In this document: piece after piece, positions 13,840 to 28,044 of the stretch | How positions within the stretch are numbered: the first letter of the stretch is position 1 | Layout of the letters: the number at the start of each line of letters is the position of its first letter | Assembly: GCA_951406725.2 (NCBI GenBank) | Contig: OX597819.1 | Location: 26,970,001 to 27,034,000 of the forward strand | Direction: 5' to 3' | Origin: Octopus vulgaris | Taxonomy: Eukaryota | Length of the DNA: 64,000 bases | Program-made: the position numbers and the translations under genes | The notes under the pieces: model-generated | The model's database searches: none | The model's input: only the letters and a program-made list of their open reading frames with translations | What the model was told of the DNA's origin: nothing

Positions 13840-14251
13840 GGCTGTGTGGTAAGTATCTTGCTAACCAACCACATGATTCCGGGTTCAGTCCCACTGCGTG
13901 GCACCTTGGGCAAGTGTCTTCTGCTATAGCCCCGGGCCGACCAATGCCTTGTGAGTGGATTTGGTAGACGGAAACTGAAAGAGGCCTGTCGTATATATGT
14001 ATATATATATATATATATAAGTGTGTGTGTATATGTTTGTGTGTCTGTGTTTGGCCCCTAGTATTGCTTGGGGCCGATGCTGGTGTGTTTACGTCCCCGT
14101 AACTTAGCGGTTCGGCAAAAGAGACCGATAGAATAAGTACTGGGCTTACAAAGAATAAGTCCCGGGGTCGATTTGCTCGACTAAAGGTGGTGCTCCAGCA
14201 TGGCCGCAGTCAAATGACTGAAACAAGTAAAAGAGTAAAAGAGTAAAAGAG

Positions 14252-14252
<1 letters not shown>
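13836..14252 (+). mobile_element. tRNA-derived SINE family A, full length, with internal TA/TG microsatellite
   Basis: A box tggctgtgtggt, B box gggttcagtccc, gtggcaccttgggcaagtg core, (gagtaaaa)n tail. Multiple copies in the window. Confidence 0.88.
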
Positions 14253-14311
<59 letters not shown>

Positions 14312-14598
14312 ATTTGTGAGTATGTGTGGTGTATAGCCAGCTAGAAACGATGTGTTTTAGGGCTAAAACAACAACATCGTCCCTTTCAGGACAGCCATAT
14401 TATGTTGGCTAATAGCCAAAACTTTAAAGAACTATTACTGAATGTCTGTCGATATTATTATTTCTATTTTTTGTATATATATATAAATCTTTAGTTAAAT
14501 ATATTCTATGAGAATATTCTATACTGAATTTACAGTGAGTGCTCTACATTTAATACGAGCGATTATATATAATATATAATATATTGTGAAATAATATC

Positions 14599-15180
14599 AG
14601 GAAATTAATATCAGAAAGATTCTTCAGAAACATATATACATGTGTAGAATAATTATTGTATTAAAAATATGAATATATATATATATATAAATGTAAATAT
14701 GTACGAGTATAAATATATGATAATAATAAATATGACACTTGAAAATGTAATAGTTTAAAATTAAGTTTTTAAGGCATCTTACGATCGTTTCGCAAAAGTA
14801 TTGTCTCTATAATGGAATCCTATATAGATAAACCTTTATAGACAATACTTCTGCTCTTCAGAGATATAAAATGTGAGGCTTGTAAGATTTATAACTACCA
14901 TTCGATAAATTATACAAACTTCTCATTTTATATCTCTGAGGAGCGGAAATGTTTATCAATATAGGATTCCATTATAGAGACAATACTTTTGCGAAATGAT
15001 CGTAAGATGCTTTAAAAACTTAATTTTAAACTATTAAATTTAAAACTGTCATACTTATTATTATATATTAATGCTTATACGTATTTACATATATTTTTAT
15101 ATATATTTAGATTTTTAATACAATAATTATTCTACACATGTATCTACCTTTTTGAAGAATTTATCTGATATTAATTTCCT
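14599..15180. repeat. Fold-back inverted repeat (~290-bp arms, centre ~14900)
   Basis: aggaaattaatatcag...catgtgtagaataattattgtattaaaaat...gcaaaagtattgtctctataatggaatcctata mirrors the 14920-15180 arm. Confidence 0.88.
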
Positions 15181-15442
15181 AAAATTGTTTATATATATAT
15201 AGTAAATACATACAGCAAAATGAGAATGCACAAAATTAATATATTTTTAATACTTTTCACAAGATAGGATATTTATATAATCTACTGATTTCACGTGTTG
15301 CTGAGGAATTTGTGAAATATTGCAATTTCATAGTATCTTGAGAGGTTTTCAGTACATGCTGGTTGCATAAGAGTTTGTTCGTAAATGGGCCAGTATGTAA
15401 ATAAGTCTAAGAGAATGTAATTGGTGATTGCTATCATATATA

Positions 15443-15480
<38 letters not shown>

Positions 15481-15600
15481 TGCTTGCATGTGTATGTTTA
15501 TACGTGTAAGATTCTTGTCTAGTTATGTTTGTGTGCATGTGTTATCTCTGTCTCTCCGTCTCTCTCTATCTATTTATTTATCTATATACATATATATACG

Positions 15601-15633
<33 letters not shown>

Positions 15634-16329
15634 ATATATATATATGCACATATCTCTGCTTGTTTTGTACACCAAAATGCACTGTCGCCAAAACAGCGCG
15701 AATGTTCAGTTAGTCACATCAAAGTGTCAGCGTCCAAACAGCTGTGCCCGGTTGTTTCATTCCGTTTTATTGCTGTCCATTCTATACCAAACGTTCAGAT
15801 CAGGGTTTTGAGTTTGACACAACTCCTCTTTTTCACGAATCTCGTAGGTTCTGTACAAAAAATAATGAAATATAGTGAGTAATCTCGTTTCCTTCACTTC
15901 CTCAATAAGCGATAATAGAAATAAGAATTAAAATATCAAAAGATATTGTGGACATTTTTTTCATTTATACTTTTTCATTGACTATTCATTTATTTATAAT
16001 TCTACGCAAATCCATCTTCAAGCATTCATTTATAGAAACAAAAAACAAAAGATTCGCGTCTTTCTGACATTTTAATTTGGATACTAGCGATAATTTTACT
16101 GACTTGGCAATAATTAAGCTTTAATGTAATTCTTTTTTTTTTTTCTGTTTTGTTAATGTTGAATATTATTATTATCATTATTATGAATTTTGTTTTTTCC
16201 TTTTTTAACTTTTATATATTTCTCTCTGCTCCGGATGTTAATTTCAAAGTTTTCATTTACTGTCTGTTTACTCGCTTCTGTCTCTGTTTTAAATGTGTGT
16301 GCATGTGTCTGTGTACATGTAAGATAATA

Positions 16330-16653
16330 TAATACATACGTATATACATAGGTATGTGTGTATATTTAAAAAAAAAAGGTAAAATACACACATTATATGT
16401 ATGTGTGTATATATACATATATGTGTATGCATATTATATATATATGTATTTGTACATATAAATGTATGTATATATGTATACCTAATTATATGTATATATA
16501 TATATATGTATGTATATAAACATATATGTATATATGTATATACATATATATTACGTATGTATATATTTGTGTGTATATATATACAGATATATATATTTAT
16601 ATCTATATATATATATATATATATAGATATATACGTGTGTATATGTATATGTA

Positions 16654-16710
<57 letters not shown>

Positions 16711-17026
16711 GATAGATAGATATATGTGTGTATATGTATATGTATGTATATATATATATATACACATATATATATCTATATATATATATAAATAGATAGA
16801 TATAAATATATATATATATGTATGTATAATTATATGTAAGTATATATATATATGTGTGTATGTATGTATATATATATATATGTACACACATATATATATG
16901 TATGTATAATTATATATAAGTATATATATAAGTATATATGTATACATATAAAATACCTATATATATATATATGTAGGTATGTGTATATATATAAATATAT
17001 ATAAGTGTGTATGTATATATTATATA

Positions 17027-17105
<79 letters not shown>
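16330..17105. repeat. Degenerate (TA/TG)n tract
   Basis: Read directly from the sequence. Confidence 0.92.
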
Positions 17106-17702
17106 CTATATGTCGTGCTTGTGTATGTCTGTATGTTAAGAGACTGAAGTAATACTGCTAAATTATTTTCTATCAATTCGCCAAGTTTCTAATATTTAGT
17201 CTACTCTGTCGTATACCAAATTATTAACACATCTAGCGTGTTATATTTCTGAAAGAACAGGAAATATAAACAGCTGTATTTCATACGCTGTGTTCGTTTA
17301 TTTATAGTTATTTCTTTGTATCTGTGTATCTTCTGCTGGCTGTTTTTTTTTTTTTTGCATACCTATCGCTCTATTTATGTGCATTTCTCTGTTTCTGTCT
17401 CTCTCTCTGTCTGTCTCTCACTATCTCTCTCTAAATATATATTATTATGCATACATATACGTATATATAGACCATATATTCAAATATGTATACGTATGTG
17501 TCTTTGTGTGAGAGAGAGATCGTGTCTATTCATGTGTAAGATAGAATAATCCCGGATTACGTTACCCATGAAAGAACATAAATCAGACTCTGCATTATGA
17601 GTGGAGGTTGCATTGAGCACTTTTATATTTTTGTACATAATAATATATACTTGCTTATATGTGTGTTCGTGTGTGCATTTATAGATCTGTTTGTTTTCAA
17701 TA

Positions 17703-18062
<360 letters not shown>

Positions 18063-18165
18063 TTGTGGGTGTTTGTGTTGGCATAAAAAGTAGTAGTTAA
18101 ATCATTAGTTCATCTATTTTTCAAAATCTGTTTATCTCCCTCTCTCATCTCTCTCTTTCTCCCTT

Positions 18166-18545
<380 letters not shown>

Positions 18546-18752
18546 TGTTACCGAAGAGCCATAAGCGAAACAAAATATAATTAGTAGGACTAACAGTAAT
18601 GGATATTACATTATTTACATTATTCATATTGGACGGATTTTTGCCCCTTTGTTTGTTTGTTAACACAACGTTTCGGTTGATATACCCTCCAGGTCTCTAG
18701 GGTTAATTTCGAACCTGGGTTCTCATTGCTAAGTTATTTTTCAATGTTGTTG

Positions 18753-18827
<75 letters not shown>

Positions 18828-18857
18828 GATTGAATATGCTTTGTATATATATATATG

Positions 18858-18907
<50 letters not shown>

Positions 18908-19106
18908 GTATGTATATATATATGTATATATGTATGTATGTATATATATATATGTATGTATATATATATATATATGTATGTATATATGTATATATATATA
19001 TATGTATGTATATATGTATATATATATATATATGTATATGTATATATATATGTATATGTATATATATATGTATATATATATATATGTATATGTATATGTA
19101 TATATA

Positions 19107-19201
19107 TCTCTGGACTATGCATAGTTTCGGCAAACTTTTGTAAACAAATTAATTAAATTTAATTAAATGTATTTGCAACTGGCGTGCCTCGTCAGCAGAG
19201 A
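19107..19201 (-). ncRNA. Type I hammerhead ribozyme, complete canonical core
   Basis: The minus strand reads UCUCUG-CUGACGA-GGCA-(52 nt AU-rich hairpin insert)-UGCC-GAAA-CUAUGCAUAG-UC/CAGAGA. Stem I is 6 bp, stem II has a 4 bp base, stem III is palindromic, and the GUC cleavage site is at 19113. Confidence 0.88.
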
Positions 19202-19354
19202 AGCCAAGGATGAACCTATATCCACGAGGCCATGGTAAGGAAGCCTCAAGTCTATATGCTATAAATTTTCAAAATCTACCGCAATCGCGCGGTCTTCTCA
19301 GCAGCAAATATAAACTGCTGATTTAATTTCAAAATTAGCCAAAAAATCATTAAT

Positions 19355-19693
19355 TAATAAGTATAAGGGTAGCAAAAAATTCTAGAAAAAATTCTCTGCT
19401 ACCAGCGGTCCAGTGAGAAAAAAAAAGATAGTCAAAGGCTATATAATATACATTCAGAAATATAAGGAATGGCCATAATAGGACATTCGACTCACTAGAA
19501 ATAGCAGCCAAACTCAAACCACTAATAGTTTATTAGCGGTTTGAGTTTGGCTGCTCTTTCTAGTGAGTCGAATGTCCTATTATGGCCATTCCTTATATTT
19601 CTGAGTGTATATTATATAGTCTTTGATTATCTTTTCTCACTAGACCGCTGCTAGCGGAGAATTTTTTCTAGAATTTTTTGCTACCCTTATATT

Positions 19694-19699
<6 letters not shown>
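19355..19699. repeat. Near-perfect fold-back inverted repeat (~170-bp arms, few-nt loop at ~19528)
   Basis: taataagtataagggtagc...caaactcaaaccactaata pairs with tattagcggtttgagtttg...gctacccttatatttatta. I counted about 9 substitutions and one A-tract indel by eye. Confidence 0.92.
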
Positions 19700-19777
<78 letters not shown>

Positions 19778-19893
19778 TTTTCACTCAAGCCTGGTTGCTG
19801 ATAATTTTTGTTCTAACTTGAAATATAAAGTGAAACTATTGACATTCAGTAATACATCATTTCTAGCATTTTTTGTTATTGTTGTTTTTGCAG

Positions 19894-20017
19894 CGAACAA
19901 ATGTCTTTGAGTATCACAAAGTATTACGAATGGTTTCGGTTTGCTGTCCAAAAATGGTTGATCATTGCGCAGCAGAAGGCTACAGCCCGTGTCAGCAAGG
20001 CAGTCGAAGTTGACACC
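19894..20017 (+). CDS. BAIAP3: BAIAP3-like exon (EQMSLSITKYYEWFRFAVQKWLIIAQQKATARVSKAVEVDT)
   Basis: Acceptor ttgtttttgcag, donor gtatgt. The phase 2 entry completes an ACC codon. Matches the WF-x-x-A-V-x-x-W...AxxRVxxAVxxD MHD1 motif. Confidence 0.93.
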
Positions 20018-20270
20018 GTATGTTTGATTTTTTATATTTTATTTATGTGTTTCTTGTTGTTTCCTCTTTTGTTTCCACTAGTTTAACCTAACCATAGCAC
20101 GATTAGTAAATCCGGTAAAGTGACCAAAAGAATGCATTGTAATTATGTGTGGCGTACCATTACAGTCTCAGATCTAATCCTACACTGGTTGACTTTACAT
20201 TTCTTCCTTCCTGGTGTCGATACAATAAATATCATATAAACACAGGATTTGGTCGAATCGATTATACAAT

Positions 20271-20692
20271 ATACCTATTTCTTTACTACCCACAAGTTGC
20301 TAAACATAGAGGGGACAAACAAGGTCAGTCACACGGATTAAGTCGATTATATCGACCCCAGTGAGTAACTGGTACTTATTTAATCGACCCCGAAAGGATG
20401 AAAGGCAAAGTCGACCTCGGCAGAATTTGAACTCAGAACATAACGGCAGACGAAATACCTATTTCTTTATTACCCACAAGGGACTAAACACAGAGGGGAC
20501 AAACAAGGACAGACATAGGTATTAAGTCGATTATATCGACCCCAGTGAGTAACTGGTACTTATTTAATCGACCCCGAAAGGATGAAAGGCAAAGTCGACC
20601 TCGGCGGAATTTGAACTCAGAACATAACGGCAGACGAAATACCGCTAAGCATTTCGCCCGGCGTGCTAACGTTTCTGCCAGCTCGCCGCCTT
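20271..20692 (-). mobile_element. SINE family B with internally duplicated body
   Basis: Head ggcggcgagctggcagaaacgttagc. The core gcctttcatcctttcggggtcgat...aagtaccag (Deu/Nin-domain-like, from recall) occurs twice at ~187-bp spacing. Confidence 0.85.
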
Positions 20693-21039
20693 AATCGATT
20701 ATATGATATACCCTCCACTCTCTAAATGTAAGTTTATGCTCTCGTATCTAAATAAAAATTCAGTATTTAATACCATCATATTTCTTCAATAAATTTAGCT
20801 TTCTATTGTTTGTGGACTAGTTCAGTTGATATATTAATATTGGGTCTATTTCCTATCAAATGATGTGGTTCTCCAAAAATAATGCTTTGTTGAAGAGGCG
20901 TCTTGTTTCTCGCATCTTTCAATTTAACCCTCATAAGATTATATCTTGCCTAAAACTTGAAAATAAGATTATAAAAATACAATTTCTAGAAACATTTGGG
21001 ATAAAAAAAAACTCTTATTTTTAACAATCTAGAATTTTA

Positions 21040-21080
<41 letters not shown>

Positions 21081-21421
21081 CTCGCTCTTTTTCTCCCTTT
21101 CTCTTTCTCTCTCTGTCTCCCTCTTTCTATCTCTCTCTTTCTCTGTCTCTCTCTCTCTCACACACACACACATTTATATCCTCTCCATACCAGTTTCTCC
21201 CTGTTTCTCATTGTCTCTCTCCTATTCCTTTTTTATCTTTTTTGATCGTTTGTTGGCTTCTAAGTATTTTTTCTTTAAACAGAAAATTTAATCTGAAGTA
21301 TGTCATACGTTTTCAAGAACAGACGTATGAATCAATCTACGCTGAATAGTCTGCAAACAAGTGTTTACATCAGAGGTGATATACATGCGCATATATATGC
21401 TTGTGTGTGGGGAGGGGTGCG

Positions 21422-21456
<35 letters not shown>

Positions 21457-21519
21457 ATATTTGTGTGTGTGTGCGCGCACATATACAAGTATATGTACAC
21501 ACACAGACATATACATAAT

Positions 21520-21557
<38 letters not shown>

Positions 21558-21738
21558 TATATATGCGTATATATATGTATATATATTATATATATATATA
21601 TGTGTGTGTTTGTATGTGCGTGTGTATGTATGTGTATGTATATATGAATTTGTACGTGGAATATTAACATCTTCAAGAATAGTTATTCCATATATGCACA
21701 CATGTACACATTGTACGCATTCATACACACAAATTGAT

Positions 21739-21805
<67 letters not shown>

Positions 21806-22614
21806 TTGCAGTGTTACTACCACTCCAAATATGCTTGATGCACGATCGAACTGGGAAATAAAATACTGTGTTTTGTCACGGAAAGTATATCTCGCCTGTT
21901 GATGACAAATGGTGTGTATGCACCTAGATCACCTCGCAGCGCCATCTACCTAGACTCTGAGATGCTAATATTATTAAGTAGCTATCTTATCATCGGTCAT
22001 AGACACTAAGCAGACGACAGTACGAATTATGCTTTTCCAGTCCCCAAAACGCTGACTGGCAGCGCTATACGGGGTCTCACCGTACGTATATTACGGAGAG
22101 GGACTGGTAATAACAAGGCTATTTCATTGTGGCCTCCCCTTTCTTAAAACGTGGTAGGACTGGGATTGAGGGACATTTAGCTGCTATAGATAACTAGGTT
22201 TCGACTGTGTTTGACTCACATTTTTATGGATTTATTTTCTTAAGTTGGTGCATGACTACAAATGTTTATAGGGATTATGATATTGGGATTAGCGTATTTC
22301 AAGAGCATTAACAGCTTTAAAACTTACATCGAAGGAATGTCAATGATTGACAAAAATGATGGCGCCAGTCACAACAGACAGCAGGCTAATGCACTAAACT
22401 ATCAAGTTGGCCATCTAAGGCTTTCAAAAGAAAAAAAAATGACATTTCGTTAGCAACGAAATCTTACCCGACATTATTAACCCCACAACAGCTAAATTAG
22501 CAATAAACAAAAACAAAAATATGATCCTTTTAGCTTCTTTATCAGTTTAAAGAATATAATCCTTGTAGAGAAAACTCAGTTTATACACACACACACACAT
22601 ATATATACATATAT

Positions 22615-22677
<63 letters not shown>

Positions 22678-22844
22678 GCTCAGACATGACTGTATGGTTA
22701 AGACGCTAGTTTTGCAACAACATGGTTTCGGGTTCGGTCCCATTGCATGGCATTTTTGATAAATGTCTTCTATAATATCCCATGTCAACCAATATGTTGA
22801 CGGAAACTGAATAGAAACCCGTTGCACACACACACACACACATA

Positions 22845-22907
<63 letters not shown>

Positions 22908-24227
22908 CACACGCTTTAATTATTCTGTTACAGTTCTTGCATATTACAAAATTACAACTGCATGATAACATACAGAATCCTCATCGAAGCTTGCAAATTT
23001 ATCATTCTCTTCTCATAATATCGTTGTATTTGAAGCATCAAGAATTGTAGAATATCATAGGAGGGAAGAAAATTTCAGGGAGTAATAGGTCTTCGTGAGA
23101 AGTTTGGACCAATAATTTGCATAAATGCAGCATGAGACAAGTTAGCTCAAGCTGGACTTGGTGGAGAAATATCTATTTCCCCAGAAGCTCTTAACAATCG
23201 AAGATGAAAGAGAGGGAAGCTTGTAGATGTGTGTGTGTAGGCGTTGAACTTCAAGATGAAGAGTGTCATTGATTAAAACAATGGACCGTTTATTCTTCTG
23301 GGTCGAAGAAATAAAGCTCGTTGAAATATCAGTCTCCTTCATCCTCCATAATATAATACTTTTTTGACCTTGCTAAATACTATATTTTACTGGTACTTAT
23401 TACATCAAACACGTGGAGGTAATCGGTGAAATTAAACCTATTGGGATATGAACTCGGAAAACTAAAGAACATAACTAAGAACTAGAAGGAGGTTTGTTTC
23501 GAATTGTAGCAGTTCTTCCATCCGCAGCACTATTTTCTAAATAATGTGTAGAGGAGTTTAAGCAAATGTCTGAGCATAGAATGGAACCACAGAATAAACT
23601 GGGCTTTCGATGATTTGCAAAAATATATACTGTAATATACATTAACCCATATAAGCCCATAAACATATATATTCACTGTATTTAGATTAAACGTTGGGGT
23701 AAGATTTAACAATCTGGAAGAGAATGACAGTATGCAACTGTTAGCTACGGGTGTCGACTCTCTACTGAACATTTCGTATTCTCAGTCAGATGCTTCCCGG
23801 CGAGTTCATGTCGAAACAAGTAGGAGCAGGTTTTGCGTTGTGAAACTGCAACCAGGGATATATATGGGCTTAATAATATACAGTTGCAATGTTTTGTTTT
23901 TTTCATTAAATAATTAACTCATATTAGTTTATATTTATTAGTATAAAACTGTGGAGAAACTGATGTATTATGTTGTTTGTATAAATGTGTTTATATCTTA
24001 ATGGTTTGGTCAGAGAGGGAATGTTAGCGCTCCTGACAGGGTCTCCAGGACTGATGAGAGGTAAAACTGGAGTTGTTTTCAGACTAGGTATCTGAAATAC
24101 ATGGTTACATAAGAGTGGACCCTACAAATGTAAGCAACGGTCAGTTGGAGATGTTGAACCAACTGAAGGATTAAATTCCCAGCCAAGAACAAGCGCAGTT
24201 CACTCGATGAGCTTCCATACAGTTCTC

Positions 24228-24942
24228 GGATCTTTACATTCTGACCGACAGATTTAAAACATAATTTTTTGTAACTAAACATTTTCAAACTTCGGACACT
24301 GGTAGAGTGTGTCATATGAAACATCTTTTACTCTTAGCGTTTTTGAGAAAAGCTTATATTTAGGAAGTTATTTCACGTTAAAGTTGTAGTATTTCGGTAA
24401 TTTCAACCAAGGAATGACGTGTATTCAGCTGAATAAAATTACTGCAGTTGTTTGTCAACAAGAACTTTTGTATTTCGTTTGTCACTGTTATTTATGACAA
24501 CCCTAACCCTAACCCTAAAACCTTAACCCTAACCCTAAAACTCTAACCCTAACCCTAAAACCCTAACCCTAACATCCTAACCCTAAAACCCCCAACCCTA
24601 ACCCCAAAACCCTAACCCTAAACCTAAAGCTCTAAAGCTAAAACCAGTACAAGCGCACGAACGATGTCATAAATAACAGTGACAAACGAAAAATACACCG
24701 CCGGAAGTTGTTGAGAAACAACAGCAACAATTTTATTCAGCTGAATACACGTCATTGTTTGGTTGAAATTACCGAAATACTACAACTTTAACGTGAAATA
24801 ACTTCCTAAATATAAGCTTTTCTCAAAAACGCTAAGAGTAAAAGATGTTTTATATGACACATTCTACCAGGGTCGAAAGTTTGAAAGTGTTTAGTTACAA
24901 AAAATATTTTTTTTAAACCTGTCAGTCAAAATGTAAAGATCC
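24228..24942. mobile_element. Long-TIR MITE (~270-bp TIRs, GGATCT termini) enclosing telomeric (CCCTAA)n
   Basis: ggatctttacattctgac...gtcaaaatgtaaagatcc, flanked by cagttctc/tagttctc (8-bp TSD with 1 mismatch). Degenerate CCCTAA array at ~24500-24640. Confidence 0.88.
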
Positions 24943-25798
24943 TAGTTCTCATCAATGAAATACTACTCACAAGACTTTGGTCGACCAGAGAACCATAGTA
25001 GAAGACACTTGACCAAGATGCTGGGCAGTGGAATCGAACCTCAAAGCAAGGATGAAAAGTTAAATCTTTTAACCACACAGTCATGTCTGTGCACACCTCT
25101 TTGTAATGACGGCTTAGTACCCTTTTGTTCTGTTCTTTATCTCCTTCGATTGGTCTATTTCGATGATTAGGTGAGTTAGGTACTGTTGGAATTTTCTCAG
25201 ACGATATAACATAGATATAAAGTAATATATTGTGCAAGCCGTCGTAGGTGTAACACAGCGTTGGGGAGGATAACAGGATGTGGAAAAATCATGTAAATAC
25301 TTATAGGGTTTGCAGAAGTAAGTGCAGAACTGTCCTTTCTCTAAGAGAAAGGACAGTTCAGATCAAAAGACACAGCTACAGCGTATTTCTATCTTAAAAA
25401 ATAAATCTACATATTGGATTAATATTAACAAAAGCACATTACTATTAACCGAGTATTCTCTTCCTTAATCAATTTAAGATATTTTTCTTTTCTCCTTTTA
25501 TGTAACTTATATAACTAAGTTTCTGTGCAATGAATTTTAAAAATCTTTATTTGTGTAAATTCTGTTAACCTATTGCTATTTTATTCATAGATTATTATTA
25601 CGATGTTAAGCCATATTTTTATTCTGTATGAAAAAAGAAATTGACATTTTCTTTTATTCAATGTTTCCAAATGATTGTATGTTGGTTTGTTCGCTACACT
25701 ACTTGATTATGTTTCATTACACACCAGTTAAACGAATAAAAGTGAAAGCCTTGAGCGTATCATTTTGCTTCTTATTTTTTCTTTTGATCTATTTTAAG

Positions 25799-25867
25799 GT
25801 GTATAGCAACATCTGTAACGCAAAATACAGTTCTTCGGCGGTGGACGTTTGTAGTCTTTTCAATCAC
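25799..25867 (+). CDS. BAIAP3: BAIAP3-like exon (VYSNICNAKYSSSAVDVCSLFNH)
   Basis: Acceptor ctattttaag, donor CAC|gttcgt, phase 0/0. Carries the family (K/H)SSSAVD motif. Confidence 0.9.
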
Positions 25868-27969
25868 GTTCGTATGATTACATTTCTTGCAATCTAATTT
25901 CTTTGTATTCAAGACCAATTAAAAAGAACATTTCATTTTGTGTTAACGCAAGGGAAAATGAAAAATATTTAAACTTCATTAGAAATTGACACACCCAGTC
26001 TCAAAAAAATTTTTTCTTAACTAATTGACATTTCTTTTCAGTTAACGTACATACGTAGCATTTGCTTTTAAAAAAATCGGTTTTTCAAAATATTTGTAAG
26101 TGCTTTCATAGGATTGAATTCAATTAATTTATATTAAATATCAGCCATGTGAATAAAATATTAAAATAAATTTATACATGCAATATGTAGATTAATTTTC
26201 GTTTCTAATTTTTATAAGATAAACACCCGACATAAATATATAACTGGTACATATTTCTCAAAATCTTGAGATTTGTAAACAACGGTAGCAAAAACAGAAT
26301 ACATTTTGGTAAATAAGCATTTTATTTTGTTTCTCGCGTGACACAAAATTTGCTGCTTTTGTTGCTCAACAATATTTGATTACTCGTATTCAAAGACTCC
26401 ATTTGCGTAAAAATGTCCTTTTCGTATTTTTTCTTTTACATTATCAATAGTAAACGCAATTTCCTTCGTTTTTTACTTTCCCGTAAGTCAGCATTTCTGT
26501 GAACAATGGACTGACGTCGTCGATAGAAAGTCCGGAAAAATGCTTATTCTAGTTCTCTCAAAAAGGACTTTGCCTTTCATCTTTCTTGGAGATGGTCGAT
26601 ACAATAAAGTACAATTCAAATGCTGCTTTGACATAATAGCCCATTTCCTCCTTCAAAGTGTTTAACGTTGTTGCTTGGTAAAAATCAATATTAAGCGAGA
26701 TAAACATATTTATGGCATTTTTAGTTCCAATTTGATTGAGGTTGATTTCACTCATTCACTCTCCATAATCACGTTTTATGAACTTTTGATGTAAATCTCT
26801 CTGTGCTTAACACAAAATCTAACATTATCCTTCAACCCCGGAGTTTCCACTAGATATTGCTAGTCTTAAAAAGTTTTATCTATGTTTGATTTCCACGGCA
26901 GTCATACGTATGATACTTCAACCCCGCTTTTCTCCATTACTTACGATGCGCTCTCTTAATCATAGCTTCATGTATTAATTGTTTTCATTCCAACAATAAA
27001 CATACAAATAAAGGTTTCTAAATTGAGTGTAAGATCACACATTTAATGAGAAGTGTTGTAGATTATATTCACCCTAGGATATCACTGTTACTTACAAGTG
27101 TAATAATATGATGGTGGTAGAAATGTAATCTGCCATTGAGAATGATGTGTGAATAGTTCGAAGAAGAGTATTCTGTCGTTCGATTAACTGAGAAACTTAT
27201 TCCCTGAACGAGCGTATAAGCCGCTGAGCATTCCACATATGCGTAAACCGTTGATGTAATTCTTAAATAGTCAGTTAGATACAGTATGTGACAACAGTGG
27301 ATTGTTGAGTCACACTCTCAGTTCCCTCCAACAGCTTCCCATTTGGTTTCCATTTGCCCAGTGTCACTCACAAGGCGCGATTAGACTCGAGGTAATGACG
27401 AAAGACAATTATCCAAGCTGTCACGAAACGGTCGAAACCAGGTTCTCATGATTACAAAGCGAAGGTATTAACCGTTTTGGCGTATTTTATTTCATATAAG
27501 TAATACATGAAGAATATATTTCGGTTATAAGGATCGCTGAAATCGACTGATAATGCTGATTTTCGAGTTTTTCGAGGAAGATTTTGTGGTCACGCTCTGA
27601 CAAATCTTTAAACTGTTTTAGCTTTATATAATGATGGCGTTGATCCCAGGAGCTATGTGATTCGTCCATCAACGTACTCACCAGAGGGATCTAGTAATCC
27701 TGATTACGCTTCTTTATAACTTTGTTTCACGGAAAATTATATATTTGTTTATTTTATCGTTAGAAATTTGTTAGAAATTCCTAAAATTCTAAAGATAGTG
27801 TGAAGTTCGCCCTCAGTTTGGAATGATTCGTTAGATAACGTTTTAATAATAAACGAATTAGCTGTCTTTTTCAGCTACAATTAAGAAAAATGTTTCAGAA
27901 AGTCTAATAACCTTTAAAGATTCCAACTTTCATTCGTTTGTATTGACTCACCCAACTTTCTCGTTATAG

Positions 27970-28044
27970 ATGGTGGATTTTTGGACAAATCTTGAATGGC
28001 CGGAACCATGCGACGCCTATACATTTACTGCTAACCTCACACAG
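27970..28044 (+). CDS. BAIAP3: BAIAP3-like exon (MVDFWTNLEWPEPCDAYTFTANLTQ)
   Basis: Acceptor ttctcgttatag, donor CAG|gtaggg. Carries the FWxxLxWPDP-like motif. Confidence 0.93.

Noticed and set aside
14930-14960. CTGAGGAGCGGAAATGTT in the hairpin arm (similar motifs at 15301 and 35706)
   Set aside because: Stem II is missing or unpairable, so it cannot be called a ribozyme.
24040-24080. CTGATGAG motif as a hammerhead
   Set aside because: No stem II, GAAA or cleavage-site arrangement follows.
24500-24640. True telomere or chromosome fusion site
   Set aside because: Short, degenerate, single orientation and enclosed by TIRs inside an intron.
26750-26990. Minus-strand RTE-like RT remnant (RMTAVEIK)
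   Set aside because: Only a few residues resemble the motif.
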